A stretch of DNA of 64,000 bases, taken from the NCBI GenBank assembly GCA_965249275.1, contig CBDFLQ010000007.1, forward strand, positions 512,001 to 576,000, read 5' to 3'. This document shows, in pieces, positions 55,349-64,000 of the stretch. The position numbers and the translations under genes are program-made. The notes beneath the pieces were generated by a model. That model saw nothing but the letters and a program-made list of their open reading frames with translations, was not told the origin of the DNA and did no database searches. The DNA is from Dehalococcoidia bacterium. Its GTDB lineage: Bacteria > Chloroflexota > Dehalococcoidia > Plut-88900. The stretch's first letter is position 1. Each line of letters starts with the position of its first letter.

Positions 55349-57736
55349 TTATCCGCATTTGTTGTATCCACATCCGTAGCACGTCACGCAGCCTTCCTGG
55401 TAGACCAGGTTTCCGTTGCACTCCGCGCATCGGCCCGAATAGGTCGTCTTTCCATTACCGTTTCCGTTGCCGTTCTTTTCCATCTGCGGCAGTGGGATCT
55501 GCGCACTGACCACCGCCGAATCGGCCGTTTCTACCCAATCCTTATGCTCCATCAGGTGCCGCGACAGCACGAGCGCCACCGCGTCCGGCCCCGACTTCAC
55601 CAACTCTCCTTCGTTCCAGGCCGGGCAGCAGGTTATGCCCCTTAGCTGGTCGATCACGTCCTCAGGCTCGATACCCGAGCGCAGCGCCAGAGACGTCAGC
55701 CGCGATATCGCTTCCAGCTGCGCCGAGTCGCAACCCCCGGCCTTGCCCAGGTTGGAGAAGACTTCAAAGGGACTCTTCTCCTCATCGAAATTGACGGTCA
55801 CGTACATGTTCCCGTGACCCGTGTGTACTTTTTCGGTAATGCCCTGCACCTTGGACGGCCTGCGTCTTGGCGTCGGGCTCGCCGCCACGGGCTGCTCGCC
55901 ACTGCGGGCTTTTTCAGTCTGGCCGATGTTCAATACCTGCTTGCTCTTGCTGCCGTCCCGGTAGATGGTCACACCTTTGCAACCTTCTTGGTAGGCAAGC
56001 ATGTACACCTTGCGCACGTCTTCTATGGTGGCGTTGTTTGCGAAGTTCACGGTCTTGGAAACCGCGTTGTCCGTGTATTTCTGGAACGCCGCCTGCATCT
56101 TCACATGCCACTCGGGGCTTATGTCGTGGGAGGTTACGAAGACATCCTGCACCCACTGGGGCACTTCATCCATGCCCTGCGCGCTCCCGTGGTCCGCCAG
56201 CTTTTCCATCAGTTCGGGGCTGTAGAACCCCTCCCGACGGGCCACCGCCTCGAAATACGGGTTCACTTCCACCAGGCGGGCATTGTCCATCACGTGCCTG
56301 ACATAGCTCAGCGCAAACAGCGGCTCTATGCCACTGGAGCAGTTGGCGATAATGCTGATTGTGCCGGTAGGAGCAATGGTAGTCCTGGTGGAGTTCCGCA
56401 TCGGCCTCGGGCCCAGTTTCCCGTCCGGACCGTACTCCGAGTCATCCCAGTCCAGGAAGTTCCCTCTCTCCGCCGCAAGCTGCTCCGACGCTCCCGACGC
56501 CTTTTCGTCGATGAACCTCATGATCTGTTCGCCCAGGTCCAGCGCACTCTGTGAGTCGTACGGAATGCCCAGAAGGATGAGCGTATCCGCCCAACCCATG
56601 ACGCCGAGACCTATCCGCCGGATACTCGTCGACGTTTCGGCGATCTCCGGGATCGGGTATTTGTTCATGGTGACCACGTTGTCCAGGAACCGGACAGAGG
56701 TCTCGACCACGGTTCCCAGCCCGTCCCAGTTCACACCGGGCCCACCCTCTGCTTCCACCACGAACTTGGCGAGGTTAATCGACCCCAGGTTGCAGGAGTC
56801 GTATGAGTACAACGGCTGCTCGCCGCACGGGTTGGTGGCCTGGATCGGGCCTCTCTTCGGTACGGGGTTGGAGCGCGCGTCGTTCATCCGGTCGATAAAG
56901 ATGATTCCCGGGTCACCCGTCTTCCAGGCGCTTTCCACCATCTCGTCGAACATGGGCTTGGCGTCTACCGACTTAACCTTCTCATTGTTGTGGGGATTTA
57001 CCAAGTCGTGTCTGCCGCCGGTCTCCACCAGTTGCATGAACCGCTCGGTAACAGCCACCGAGATATTGAAGTTCTGCAGTGATGTGTCGTCATCCTTCGA
57101 GTGGATGAACTTGATAACGTCGGGGTGGCCCACGTCGAGAATGCCCATGTTGGCCCCGCGCCGAGTCCCGCCCTGCTTCACCACGTCTGTTGCCGTGTCG
57201 AAGATTCGGATGAAGGAGACCGGCCCGCTGGCCACGCCACCCGTAGACCCGACTCTGTCGCTCTCGGGCCTCAGGTTGGAGAAGGCAAACCCAGTGCCGC
57301 CACCGCTCTTATGTATAACGGCAGTGTGCTTCGCCGCTTCAAATATTCCGTCTATCGAGTCCGGCACCGCCAGCACGAAGCACGCCGAAAGCTGCTGCAA
57401 TTCTCGGCCTGCGTTCATCAGGGTCGGAGAGTTCGGCATGAACTGGTTGCGGGCCATCATCTGGTAGAACCGCTCTGCCAGCTCCTCCATCTCCAACGCG
57501 TTAGCGCCATACTCCTTGTCACCTTGAGCTATGTTCCGCGCCACGCGGCGGTAAAGGTTCTCCGGCACTTCAACCGGCTTGCCTTTCGCGTCTTTGACCA
57601 AGTACCGCCGATTGAGAACGGCAATGCCGTTCTCAGACACCAGTGGCAACTTATTGCCTTGGCTATCGGAGATTTCTTTGGTCAGGCCTCGCACCATCTG
57701 CGAGTGAACGGTTGTCTTGGTCTCTACCTTCTTCAT
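55349..57736 (-). CDS. nrdJ: Vitamin B12-dependent (class II) ribonucleotide reductase with TSCPD/Zn-ribbon C-terminus
   Basis: FMPNSPTLMNAG, LSACFV, QGGTRRGANM, TNPCGEQPL, SCNLGS, TIAPTGTIS, C-terminal CxxC..CxxC. Confidence 0.95.
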   Translation of the reverse strand: MKKVETKTTVHSQMVRGLTKEISDSQGNKLPLVSENGIAVLNRRYLVKDAKGKPVEVPENLYRRVARNIAQGDKEYGANALEMEELAERFYQMMARNQFMPNSPTLMNAGRELQQLSACFVLAVPDSIDGIFEAAKHTAVIHKSGGGTGFAFSNLRPESDRVGSTGGVASGPVSFIRIFDTATDVVKQGGTRRGANMGILDVGHPDVIKFIHSKDDDTSLQNFNISVAVTERFMQLVETGGRHDLVNPHNNEKVKSVDAKPMFDEMVESAWKTGDPGIIFIDRMNDARSNPVPKRGPIQATNPCGEQPLYSYDSCNLGSINLAKFVVEAEGGPGVNWDGLGTVVETSVRFLDNVVTMNKYPIPEIAETSTSIRRIGLGVMGWADTLILLGIPYDSQSALDLGEQIMRFIDEKASGASEQLAAERGNFLDWDDSEYGPDGKLGPRPMRNSTRTTIAPTGTISIIANCSSGIEPLFALSYVRHVMDNARLVEVNPYFEAVARREGFYSPELMEKLADHGSAQGMDEVPQWVQDVFVTSHDISPEWHVKMQAAFQKYTDNAVSKTVNFANNATIEDVRKVYMLAYQEGCKGVTIYRDGSKSKQVLNIGQTEKARSGEQPVAASPTPRRRPSKVQGITEKVHTGHGNMYVTVNFDEEKSPFEVFSNLGKAGGCDSAQLEAISRLTSLALRSGIEPEDVIDQLRGITCCPAWNEGELVKSGPDAVALVLSRHLMEHKDWVETADSAVVSAQIPLPQMEKNGNGNGNGKTTYSGRCAECNGNLVYQEGCVTCYGCGYNKCG

Positions 57737-58056
57737 TGCGCCGAGTCTTCTTTCCCAAGTCCACCTCACTAGAGGCGGGCGATACTTAAATGCTTCGAAC
57801 CATTACGAAATATCTTCTGTTGTGCGTAGTCCCCCTCAGCCGGACCCAGCTCCGTGACTGGATGCCAGCGACTCCGTTAAGACATCTGTCATTTCCGACT
57901 CCTCAAAATATCCCTCAGCACTCGCATCTTCGGCGTCCACTTCGTCGGTGCCCTGTTTAGGATTAGTAAGCCGGACTCCGTTCCTGCTCGCCACCACATA
58001 TGTGTCAAGGGGCGTTTTTGCCTTCATCAATTTCATCGCCTATCTCCCTATCGCCT

Positions 58057-58596
58057 CTATGACTGCGAGCGTCCTTCTCTACGCCGCGCTTCCTGACGCC
58101 CCTGCTCGATGAACATCGGCAGCTGCGCCGATGGAGACACGGCAACGGCTGAAGAGCTTAGTAAAGAGTCCACTTCTTCCTTGAACGTTTCCACGTCCTC
58201 AAAATCGCGGTAGACGCTTGCGAACCTGATGTAGGCCACGCGGTCCAGGTCTCTCAGCCGAGTCATCACCATTTCGCCTATGATACCCGTCGGCACCTCG
58301 GCTTTACCGAGCTTCTGCAACTCTTCTTCGATCTCGTCGACCATCTTCTCGATGGATCCCAAGGGCAGGGGTCTTTTGGCACAGGCCTTGTGAATCCCCG
58401 AGGCCAGCTTGGAGCGGTTAAAGAGCTCTCGGCGTCCATCCCCTTTGATCAGGGTGAGCACTGCTCCCTGCACTCGTTCCAAGGTCGTGTAACGGAGCCC
58501 GCAACGGAGGCACTGCCGCCGACGCCGCACCGCACTGTCTACGGTCCTGGAGTCGATGACTTTCGAATCTTCGAAGTCACAAAAGGGACATCTCAA
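58057..58596 (-). CDS. nrdR: Transcriptional repressor NrdR
   Basis: MRCPFC....SKVIDSR....RRRRQC..CG.RYTT.E, ATP-cone, VAYIRFASVYR.F. Confidence 0.97.
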   Translation of the reverse strand: MRCPFCDFEDSKVIDSRTVDSAVRRRRQCLRCGLRYTTLERVQGAVLTLIKGDGRRELFNRSKLASGIHKACAKRPLPLGSIEKMVDEIEEELQKLGKAEVPTGIIGEMVMTRLRDLDRVAYIRFASVYRDFEDVETFKEEVDSLLSSSAVAVSPSAQLPMFIEQGRQEARRREGRSQS

Positions 58597-58640
58597 GGTT
58601 TATAGACTCCGTCGGTAAGGGAGGCGTAAAATCCGTAGCA

Positions 58641-58687
58641 CCACAAGATGTAGTGCTAGTTGCTTAAGCTACTACTACATGTTAGCG
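58641..58687. promoter_or_regulatory. Tandem NrdR boxes upstream of nrdR-nrdJ
   Basis: ccacaagatgtagtgc (58641-58656) and ctactacatgttagcg (58672-58687), 31 bp apart, resembling acaCwAtATaTwGtg. Confidence 0.7.
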
Positions 58688-58757
58688 GTGTCAAGCTATG
58701 ACAGCCGCAATTTTTGGGCAAAATCTTTGACTGAGTTCGAATTCAGTTAAAGATTGG

Positions 58758-59879
58758 CTAGCGGAATGACCTGGACGTCCTGGCGCCCGACCCCCGCTTG
58801 AAAAGCCCACCGAACCGAGACCCATTCTTACCGTTCCGCAGCCCGTTCACCCGTCCCTTTAATCTTTCCGGCGCTTCCCGGCCTTGGGACGTGATCACCC
58901 GTCCTTTTGGCAGCTCCTCACCGGTGCTGCCCATCTCCAGTCCCGTGGCTATCAGCGTTATCCGCACCTTCCCCTCCAGCTCCTTGTCCCGCACTACGCC
59001 GAATATCACCAGGGCATCGGGGTTGGACGCCCTGCTCAGCAGCTCTGCCGCCCTGTTGGTCTCGCCCAATGTTAAGTCGTCTCCGCCCGATATGTTCAGC
59101 AGCACGCCGGTCGCGCCATGGAAAGACGATTCCAGCAACGGCGACGCCAGTGCCTGAGTCGTTGCCTTAATCATCCTGTCTTCACCCTCCCCCACCCCAA
59201 TCGCCATGAGTGCATGGCCGCCGTCCTGCATCACGTTGCGAACATCTGCGAAGTCCACGTTGATCTCGCCCGGAACGTTGATTATGTCGGATATAGCCTG
59301 CACTCCCTGGGCAAGGACGTCGTCCACCATGCCAAAGGCTTCCGACATCGGCAAATCGTACTCGCAGGCATCCAGAAGCCGGTTGTTGTCGATAGTGATG
59401 AGGGTGTCGACGTGCTCCACCAACATGTTTATGCCTTCTTCGGCAACGCTCATGCGGGCCCGGCCTTCAAACGAGAACGGCTTGGTGACGACCCCTACGG
59501 TCAAGGCTCCCAATTCCCGCGCCAGTTCCGCGACTATGGGGGCCGCTCCTGTACCGGTGCCCCCACCCATCCCCGCCGCCACGAACACCATGTCGGCGTC
59601 CCCGATCATCTCTTCTATCTCTTCCTTGCTCTCCTCGGCGGCCTTCCAGCCCATGCTGGGATCGCCGCCGCTGCCGAGCCCGTTGGTAGTTGACGGCCCG
59701 ATGCACAGCCGGTTGGGCACCTGCATCAGGTCCAGGGCCTGGGCGTCGGTGTTAATACAGGCAAGGTCCAGGTTCTTGGCCTTGCCGACGGCCATCCGGG
59801 TGACCGCATTGCTTCCCCCACCCCCGACTCCTATGATCTTTACCTTCGCCAGATTGAGCTGCTTTGGCCTTCTTATCAT
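58758..59879 (-). CDS. ftsZ: Cell division protein FtsZ
   Basis: GVGGGGSNAV, NTDAQAL, GMGGGTGTGAAP, PFSFEG, INVDFADV. Confidence 0.97.
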   Translation of the reverse strand: MIRRPKQLNLAKVKIIGVGGGGSNAVTRMAVGKAKNLDLACINTDAQALDLMQVPNRLCIGPSTTNGLGSGGDPSMGWKAAEESKEEIEEMIGDADMVFVAAGMGGGTGTGAAPIVAELARELGALTVGVVTKPFSFEGRARMSVAEEGINMLVEHVDTLITIDNNRLLDACEYDLPMSEAFGMVDDVLAQGVQAISDIINVPGEINVDFADVRNVMQDGGHALMAIGVGEGEDRMIKATTQALASPLLESSFHGATGVLLNISGGDDLTLGETNRAAELLSRASNPDALVIFGVVRDKELEGKVRITLIATGLEMGSTGEELPKGRVITSQGREAPERLKGRVNGLRNGKNGSRFGGLFKRGSGARTSRSFR

Positions 59880-59955
59880 TTCTCATTCCCTTTCGCGCTC
59901 TGACAAAAGAGCGCCGACATGGGTACCGGGCTTGTCCGCCAGCCGGACCTGCTTG

Positions 59956-60879
59956 CTAGACCCTTTCTCCCACCCTCAGCCTTGCGCTTCGGGCCCTGGG
60001 GTTGCTGGACACTTCCTCTTTGCTCGGAGCTATGGCTTTACGAGTGATCCGCTTCATGCGGCGCACCCTTCCACACGTGCATACGGGCAGCTCGGGAGGG
60101 CATACGCATATCCCTGACTCCCCGCGCAGGAACGACTTTACGAGAGCCGCTTCCAGGGAGTGGTAGGTGATGACCACCAGCCTCCCTCCTACCGCTAGCA
60201 GGTCTATAGCGCCTTCCAGCCCGCCTTGCAGATTTTCAAGCTCCCTGTTTACCTGTATACGGAGCGCCTGGAAAGTCCGGGTTGCGGGATGGATTTTCCG
60301 CCGCCCCCCACCCGACACCCTCGAAATAATCGCCGCCAGGCTGCCCGTTGATTTCACGGGGCGTGCGTTAACAATCGCCTCCGCTATTCTCCGGGCCCGT
60401 GGCTCTTCCCCGAATTCCCGGATCGTCTGGGCCAGTTCTGCCTGCGGCCACGTGTTGACAATTTCGCCCGCCGTCAGACCCTGATCCGTATCGAACCTCA
60501 TGTCCAGGGGCCCGTCCCCCTGGAAGCTGAATCCCCGACCCGGATCGTCAATCTGCCGAGACGAAAACCCGAGATCGAATAGCACGCCGTTCAGTTCCCG
60601 GAATCCAGCCTCCGTCGCAATAGACTTCATATCCGCATAGTTCGCTGCCCTCGCCTCGAACGCACCTTGGAAATGCGACAGCCGCTGCGAGGCTATCGAC
60701 ACAACAGACGGATCGGCGTCCAGGCCCAGAACCCGGCCCCCGGGCAGACACGACTCCATGATCGGGCTGGAGTGACCTCCCTCGCCCATCGTCGCGTCGA
60801 GGTATGTGCCTCCGGGCCTGACATTTAGGCCCTCCAACACTTCCGCCGTCATAACCGGTTGGTGCCTGTATTCACTCAT
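59956..60879 (-). CDS. rsmH: 16S rRNA m4C1402 methyltransferase
   Basis: HQPVM..E, DAT.G.GGH, DLG.SS.Q.D...RGFSF...GPLDMR, HPATRTFQALRI.VN.EL, NPRARSARLR. Confidence 0.97.
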   Translation of the reverse strand: MSEYRHQPVMTAEVLEGLNVRPGGTYLDATMGEGGHSSPIMESCLPGGRVLGLDADPSVVSIASQRLSHFQGAFEARAANYADMKSIATEAGFRELNGVLFDLGFSSRQIDDPGRGFSFQGDGPLDMRFDTDQGLTAGEIVNTWPQAELAQTIREFGEEPRARRIAEAIVNARPVKSTGSLAAIISRVSGGGRRKIHPATRTFQALRIQVNRELENLQGGLEGAIDLLAVGGRLVVITYHSLEAALVKSFLRGESGICVCPPELPVCTCGRVRRMKRITRKAIAPSKEEVSSNPRARSARLRVGERV

Positions 60880-60907
60880 TGTCAGAAAGACGTGCTGCTT
60901 GGTTCCC

Positions 60908-61342
60908 CTAAGGCCGGTCGCTCAGTCCCTGGGCTATCTCGGAGGCCTTCTCTTCCATCAACTCCCGTTCCCGGGCCCAAAGCTCCTTGCCCCATATCTC
61001 CAGGTGACTCCCCACCCCCGCCACCACCACTTCTTCATCGATCTGAGCGTATTCCCGTAGTGGAGTCGGCAGACCCAGTCTGCCCAGTCGGTCCAGCGTC
61101 AATCGGAAAGCGCTGGAGAACACCAGCCGGTTCACGAGCCTCGCCCCGCGGTCGGTAGCCGGCAGCGAGGCGTATTCCTCGGCCAGCCGGTCCCAGGTCG
61201 TAGTGGTATACGCAACTATGCAGTTATCATAGCCACGAGTTACGACTATGCCGTCACTGAAATCGCCTCGAGCCTTGGGCGGAATCGCCACCCGCCCCTT
61301 TTGGTCCAGGCGATATTCATACTCCCCGAGAAACATAGGCAT
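60908..61342 (-). CDS. mraZ: Division/cell wall cluster repressor MraZ (start 61342 or 61336)
   Basis: MFLGEY...LD.KGRV.IP, RG.D.C, D..GR..LP..LR.YA, EIW. Confidence 0.95.
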   Translation of the reverse strand: MPMFLGEYEYRLDQKGRVAIPPKARGDFSDGIVVTRGYDNCIVAYTTTTWDRLAEEYASLPATDRGARLVNRLVFSSAFRLTLDRLGRLGLPTPLREYAQIDEEVVVAGVGSHLEIWGKELWARERELMEEKASEIAQGLSDRP

Positions 61343-61344
61343 CG

Positions 61345-61397
61345 CCCACCTGTCCCCACTAGTCCCCACATTCTACCACTCAGGGTGCCACTGTCAA
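61345..61397 (-). promoter_or_regulatory. mraZ promoter with MraZ-binding direct repeats
   Basis: TTGACA-16-TAGAAT; GTGGT-N5-GTGGG-N5-GTGGG-N5-GTGGG with 10-bp periodicity. Confidence 0.85.
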
Positions 61398-61453
61398 CGC
61401 AAAACAGCGCCGATTTCCTACCGTGCTATCATGGATTGCGGATACCAAAAGAC

Positions 61454-61939
61454 ATGTCCCCATTCAACGTAGGCATACTCACCAGCAGCGATCTCGGGGC
61501 CCAGGGCAAGCGCGAGGACGCGAGCGGGCCTCTCATCAAGGAAATGGTTGCCGCACTAGGCATGAATCCCGCCAAATATGTCGTAGTGCCGGATGATCAG
61601 CACCAGATAGCTGACACCCTCCGCGAATGGGCTGACAGCGGCGCAGTCGACCTAGTACTCACCACCGGAGGCACGGGTCTCGGGCCCCGGGACGTCACCC
61701 CCGAGGCTACCCTGTCCGTCATAGAACGCCAGGTCCCCGGCATCCCCGAAGCCATGCGCCTCGCCAGCATGCAAAAGACGCCGATGGGCATGATCAGCCG
61801 ACAGGTGGCGGGCGCCAGGGGCTCATGTCTGATAGTCAACCTCCCCGGCAGCCCGAAGGCCGTCCGGGAATGCCTGGACGCCATCTCTCCGGTCTTGTCC
61901 CACGCCCTCACCCTGCTCAAGGGCGACACCGCTCACTAG
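61454..61939 (+). CDS. mog: Molybdopterin adenylyltransferase (MogA/MoaB family)
   Basis: ILTSSD, REDASG, VVPDD, TTGGTGLGPRDVTPEAT, NLPGSPKAVRECL. Confidence 0.9.
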   Translation: MSPFNVGILTSSDLGAQGKREDASGPLIKEMVAALGMNPAKYVVVPDDQHQIADTLREWADSGAVDLVLTTGGTGLGPRDVTPEATLSVIERQVPGIPEAMRLASMQKTPMGMISRQVAGARGSCLIVNLPGSPKAVRECLDAISPVLSHALTLLKGDTAH

Positions 61940-61957
61940 CAGGCTCCGGCCCTCGCC

Positions 61958-62677
61958 ATGAACTTTCACATCTTTACATTATTCCCCGGCATGTTTCACG
62001 GCCCGATCAGCGAAAGCATCATAAAGCGCGCCCGGGACAGGGGTTTGATCAACGTCCACCTCCACGACATCCGTGACTACGCCGAGGACAAGCACAGGAT
62101 CGTCGATGACTACGCGTACGGTGGAGGCCCCGGTATGGTCATGAAGCCCGAGCCCGTCTTCAAGGCAGTCGAGACCCAGCTTGCCCTCATCCGCGAAACA
62201 CAACCCACACCCGACCCAATTCCCGTGATATTGCTCAGCCCCAAGGGTCGGGTCCTTACTCAGAAGGTCGCTGGGGAATTGGCCCAACACCCCGACATCG
62301 TTCTTCTCTGCGGCCACTACGAAGGCGTGGACCAGCGAATTGTCGATCATCTCGCTACTGACGAAATTAGCATCGGAGACTACGTGCTCACCGGCGGAGA
62401 GCTTGCGGCCATGGTCGTCATCGACTGCGTAGCCCGTTTTATGCCTGAGGTCCTGGGTTCCGAGGAATCAACCGCCCGCGAGTCACACACCGACGGCCTA
62501 CTCCAGTACCCCCAGTACACCCGTCCCCCCGAGTTTCGGGGCTGGTCGGTGCCGGAAATCCTGCTCTCGGGTCACCACGCGCGCATCGATTCCTGGCGGA
62601 AGGAGCAGTCGCTCCTCGAGACTCAGCGCCGCCGCCCCGACCTCCTAAAACAACCGGAAAACAACCCAGAACACTAA
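61958..62677 (+). CDS. trmD: tRNA (guanine37-N1)-methyltransferase
   Basis: [55 protein letters not shown]. Confidence 0.97.
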   Translation: MNFHIFTLFPGMFHGPISESIIKRARDRGLINVHLHDIRDYAEDKHRIVDDYAYGGGPGMVMKPEPVFKAVETQLALIRETQPTPDPIPVILLSPKGRVLTQKVAGELAQHPDIVLLCGHYEGVDQRIVDHLATDEISIGDYVLTGGELAAMVVIDCVARFMPEVLGSEESTARESHTDGLLQYPQYTRPPEFRGWSVPEILLSGHHARIDSWRKEQSLLETQRRRPDLLKQPENNPEH

Positions 62678-62741
62678 TCCGCTCACTCACCATTCAGGCT
62701 TCCGAAAGCAATGCGTTCCCTCTGCCCATCACCTTTTTTCC

Positions 62742-62770
62742 TTGACCCCCCCAATGCCCGATGCTAGAAT
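62742..62770 (+). promoter_or_regulatory. Sigma70 promoter for the tRNA pair
   Basis: TTGACC-17-TAGAAT with extended TG. Confidence 0.7.
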
Positions 62771-62791
62771 CCGCCACACGTCTCTACTCAT

Positions 62792-62868
62792 GGTGGGCGT
62801 AGCCTAGCGGTTAAGGCACCAGGTTGTGGCCCTGGAGATCGAGGGTTCGAATCCCTTCGCTCACCCCA
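62792..62868 (+). tRNA. tRNA-His(GTG)
   Basis: Cloverleaf with G-1, anticodon loop TT-GTG-GC, GTTCGAATC T-loop, encoded CCA. Confidence 0.95.
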
Positions 62869-62902
62869 TGTCCTTTTAAAACTTCACCCGGCGGAACACT
62901 TT

Positions 62903-62978
62903 GCGCCTGTAGCTCAGCGGATAGAGCATCGGTCTTCGGAACCGAGGGTCGGGGGTTCGAATCCCTTCAGGCGCACCA
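62903..62978 (+). tRNA. tRNA-Arg(TCG)
   Basis: gcgcctg/caggcgc acceptor stem, anticodon stem tcggt/accga with loop CT-TCG-GA, CCA end. Confidence 0.93.
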
Positions 62979-63017
62979 TTTAGACCATTATCACCATCCC
63001 GTTTCTGGAGGTGGCTT

Positions 63018-63857
63018 GTGAAATTCGGAGATATCGATGTTCACGTCATTAGTGACGGCACTTTCAAACTCGACGCGGGCGCGATCTTCGGCGTCGTTCC
63101 TAAGACCCTCTGGCAGCGCAAAGTCAAAGCCGACCGCAGGAACAGGCTTCAAATGGGCCTCAACTGCATGCTCATCCACTCCAACGGCCACAACATCCTC
63201 GTCGACACGGGCATCGGCAAAAAAGAGTCCGATCGCGACAAGGACATTTACGGACTCTCGGCAGGCAAGATCCTCCGGCGTCTCAAGGAGCACGGGCTCG
63301 GCCCCCGGGACATAGACCTCGTGATCCTGTCCCACCTCCACTTCGACCACGTGGGCGGCTGCACCCGCTTCAACTCAAAGGGCGAAGCGGTTCCGACCTT
63401 CCCAAAGGCAAAATACCTGGTCCAGCGCGCCGACTGGGAAGAGGCCACACACCCCAACGAACGCAACAAGGCCGCCTACCACCCCGACGATTTCGAGCCG
63501 CTCCTCTTCAACAAACAGCTTGAGCTGCTCGATGGTGACACTGAGATTGAAAAGGGCGTCGATACCGTCCTGACAGGGGGACACTCGGCGGGGCACCAGC
63601 TAGTCATGGCCGGCACGGGCCAGCGCAAAGCCGTGATCCTGGGAGACCTGGTCGCTACTTCCCATCACCTGCCCTTGCCCTACATCCCCGCCTTCGACCA
63701 ATACCCGATGGAAAGCATGGAGCGCAAGCGCAAGTTGCTGGAAGACGCCGAGAAACACGGCTGGCTCCTGATCTTCGCCCACGACCCTGAGACCATCTCC
63801 GGCTACGTGGAAAGCCGCAATGGGCGCGTACTCCTCAAACCCGCCAAAGTCTGTTAG
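63018..63857 (+). CDS. MBL-fold metallo-hydrolase (YtnP-like)
   Basis: DG.FKLD.GA.FGVVPK.LW, SHLHFDHVGG, GGHS.GH, GDL, F.HDP. Confidence 0.92.
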   Translation: MKFGDIDVHVISDGTFKLDAGAIFGVVPKTLWQRKVKADRRNRLQMGLNCMLIHSNGHNILVDTGIGKKESDRDKDIYGLSAGKILRRLKEHGLGPRDIDLVILSHLHFDHVGGCTRFNSKGEAVPTFPKAKYLVQRADWEEATHPNERNKAAYHPDDFEPLLFNKQLELLDGDTEIEKGVDTVLTGGHSAGHQLVMAGTGQRKAVILGDLVATSHHLPLPYIPAFDQYPMESMERKRKLLEDAEKHGWLLIFAHDPETISGYVESRNGRVLLKPAKVC

Positions 63858-63876
63858 TCACCCTTCTCCACCAGGG

Positions 63877-64000
63877 CTAAGCCCTTTCCACTAGCAACCC
63901 CTTGCCAACTTCACTCGTGGCTACCCCACGGGTGATTTCATTTTCGGCAGCTCCACTGTCCGAAGCGTAGGCGCGGATGTAGTTGTCCGAAAGCCCAGAC
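63877..64000 (-). CDS. Probable tRNA methylthiotransferase (MtaB-like), C-terminal fragment cut by the window edge
   Basis: Minus frame SGLSDNYIRAYASDSGAAENEITRGVATSEVGKGLLVERA*; G.(T/S)DNYIR is typical of the MtaB TRAM region. Confidence 0.55.
   Translation of the reverse strand, partial: SGLSDNYIRAYASDSGAAENEITRGVATSEVGKGLLVERA

Noticed and set aside
57770-58056. Possible cobalamin riboswitch or 66-aa ORF upstream of nrdJ
   Set aside because: No B12-box or AGGGAA/GCCACUG core seen; the ORF has no recognisable motif and overlaps a TTGACA/NrdR-like site, so it is left uncalled
47376-62677. trmD separated from rplS
   Set aside because: Ordinary operon rearrangement with no further supporting signal
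62792-62978. tRNA-anchored prophage or integrative element
   Set aside because: No integrase and no duplicated tRNA 3' end in the window; the flanks are housekeeping genes

Overview
A GC-rich bacterial chromosome segment. The gene content suggests Chloroflexota/Dehalococcoidia, probably SAR202-like (inference): LLM-class monooxygenases, amidohydrolases, M24 ectoine-hydrolase-like paralogues, alpha2-type GlyRS, fused SecDF, a class II RNR, and mraZ-rsmH-ftsZ with no mur genes. The left ~33 kb is catabolic/transport paralogue expansion with REP-like palindrome clusters, a MITE and an IS481 inserted into a REP. The right half is mostly housekeeping (holA, glyQS, sbcD, secDF, def, priA, rplS, pepA, plsY, proC, nrdJ/nrdR, ftsZ, rsmH, mraZ, mog, trmD, two tRNAs). 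The main unexplained signal is a ~580-nt non-coding, highly structured RNA present in two diverged, oppositely oriented copies (10.26-10.84 kb and 44.19-44.77 kb). It shows compensatory base changes, strand-specific G-U pairs and a conserved sigma70 promoter overlapping a LexA-like box, and I do not recognise its class. Also notable: a CoA-transferase alpha subunit with an in-frame UGA plus SECIS-like hairpin (probable selenoprotein), two apparent ATA start codons, a candidate anti-Shine-Dalgarno-loop sRNA and three orphan antitoxins. All alignments and folds were done by eye.
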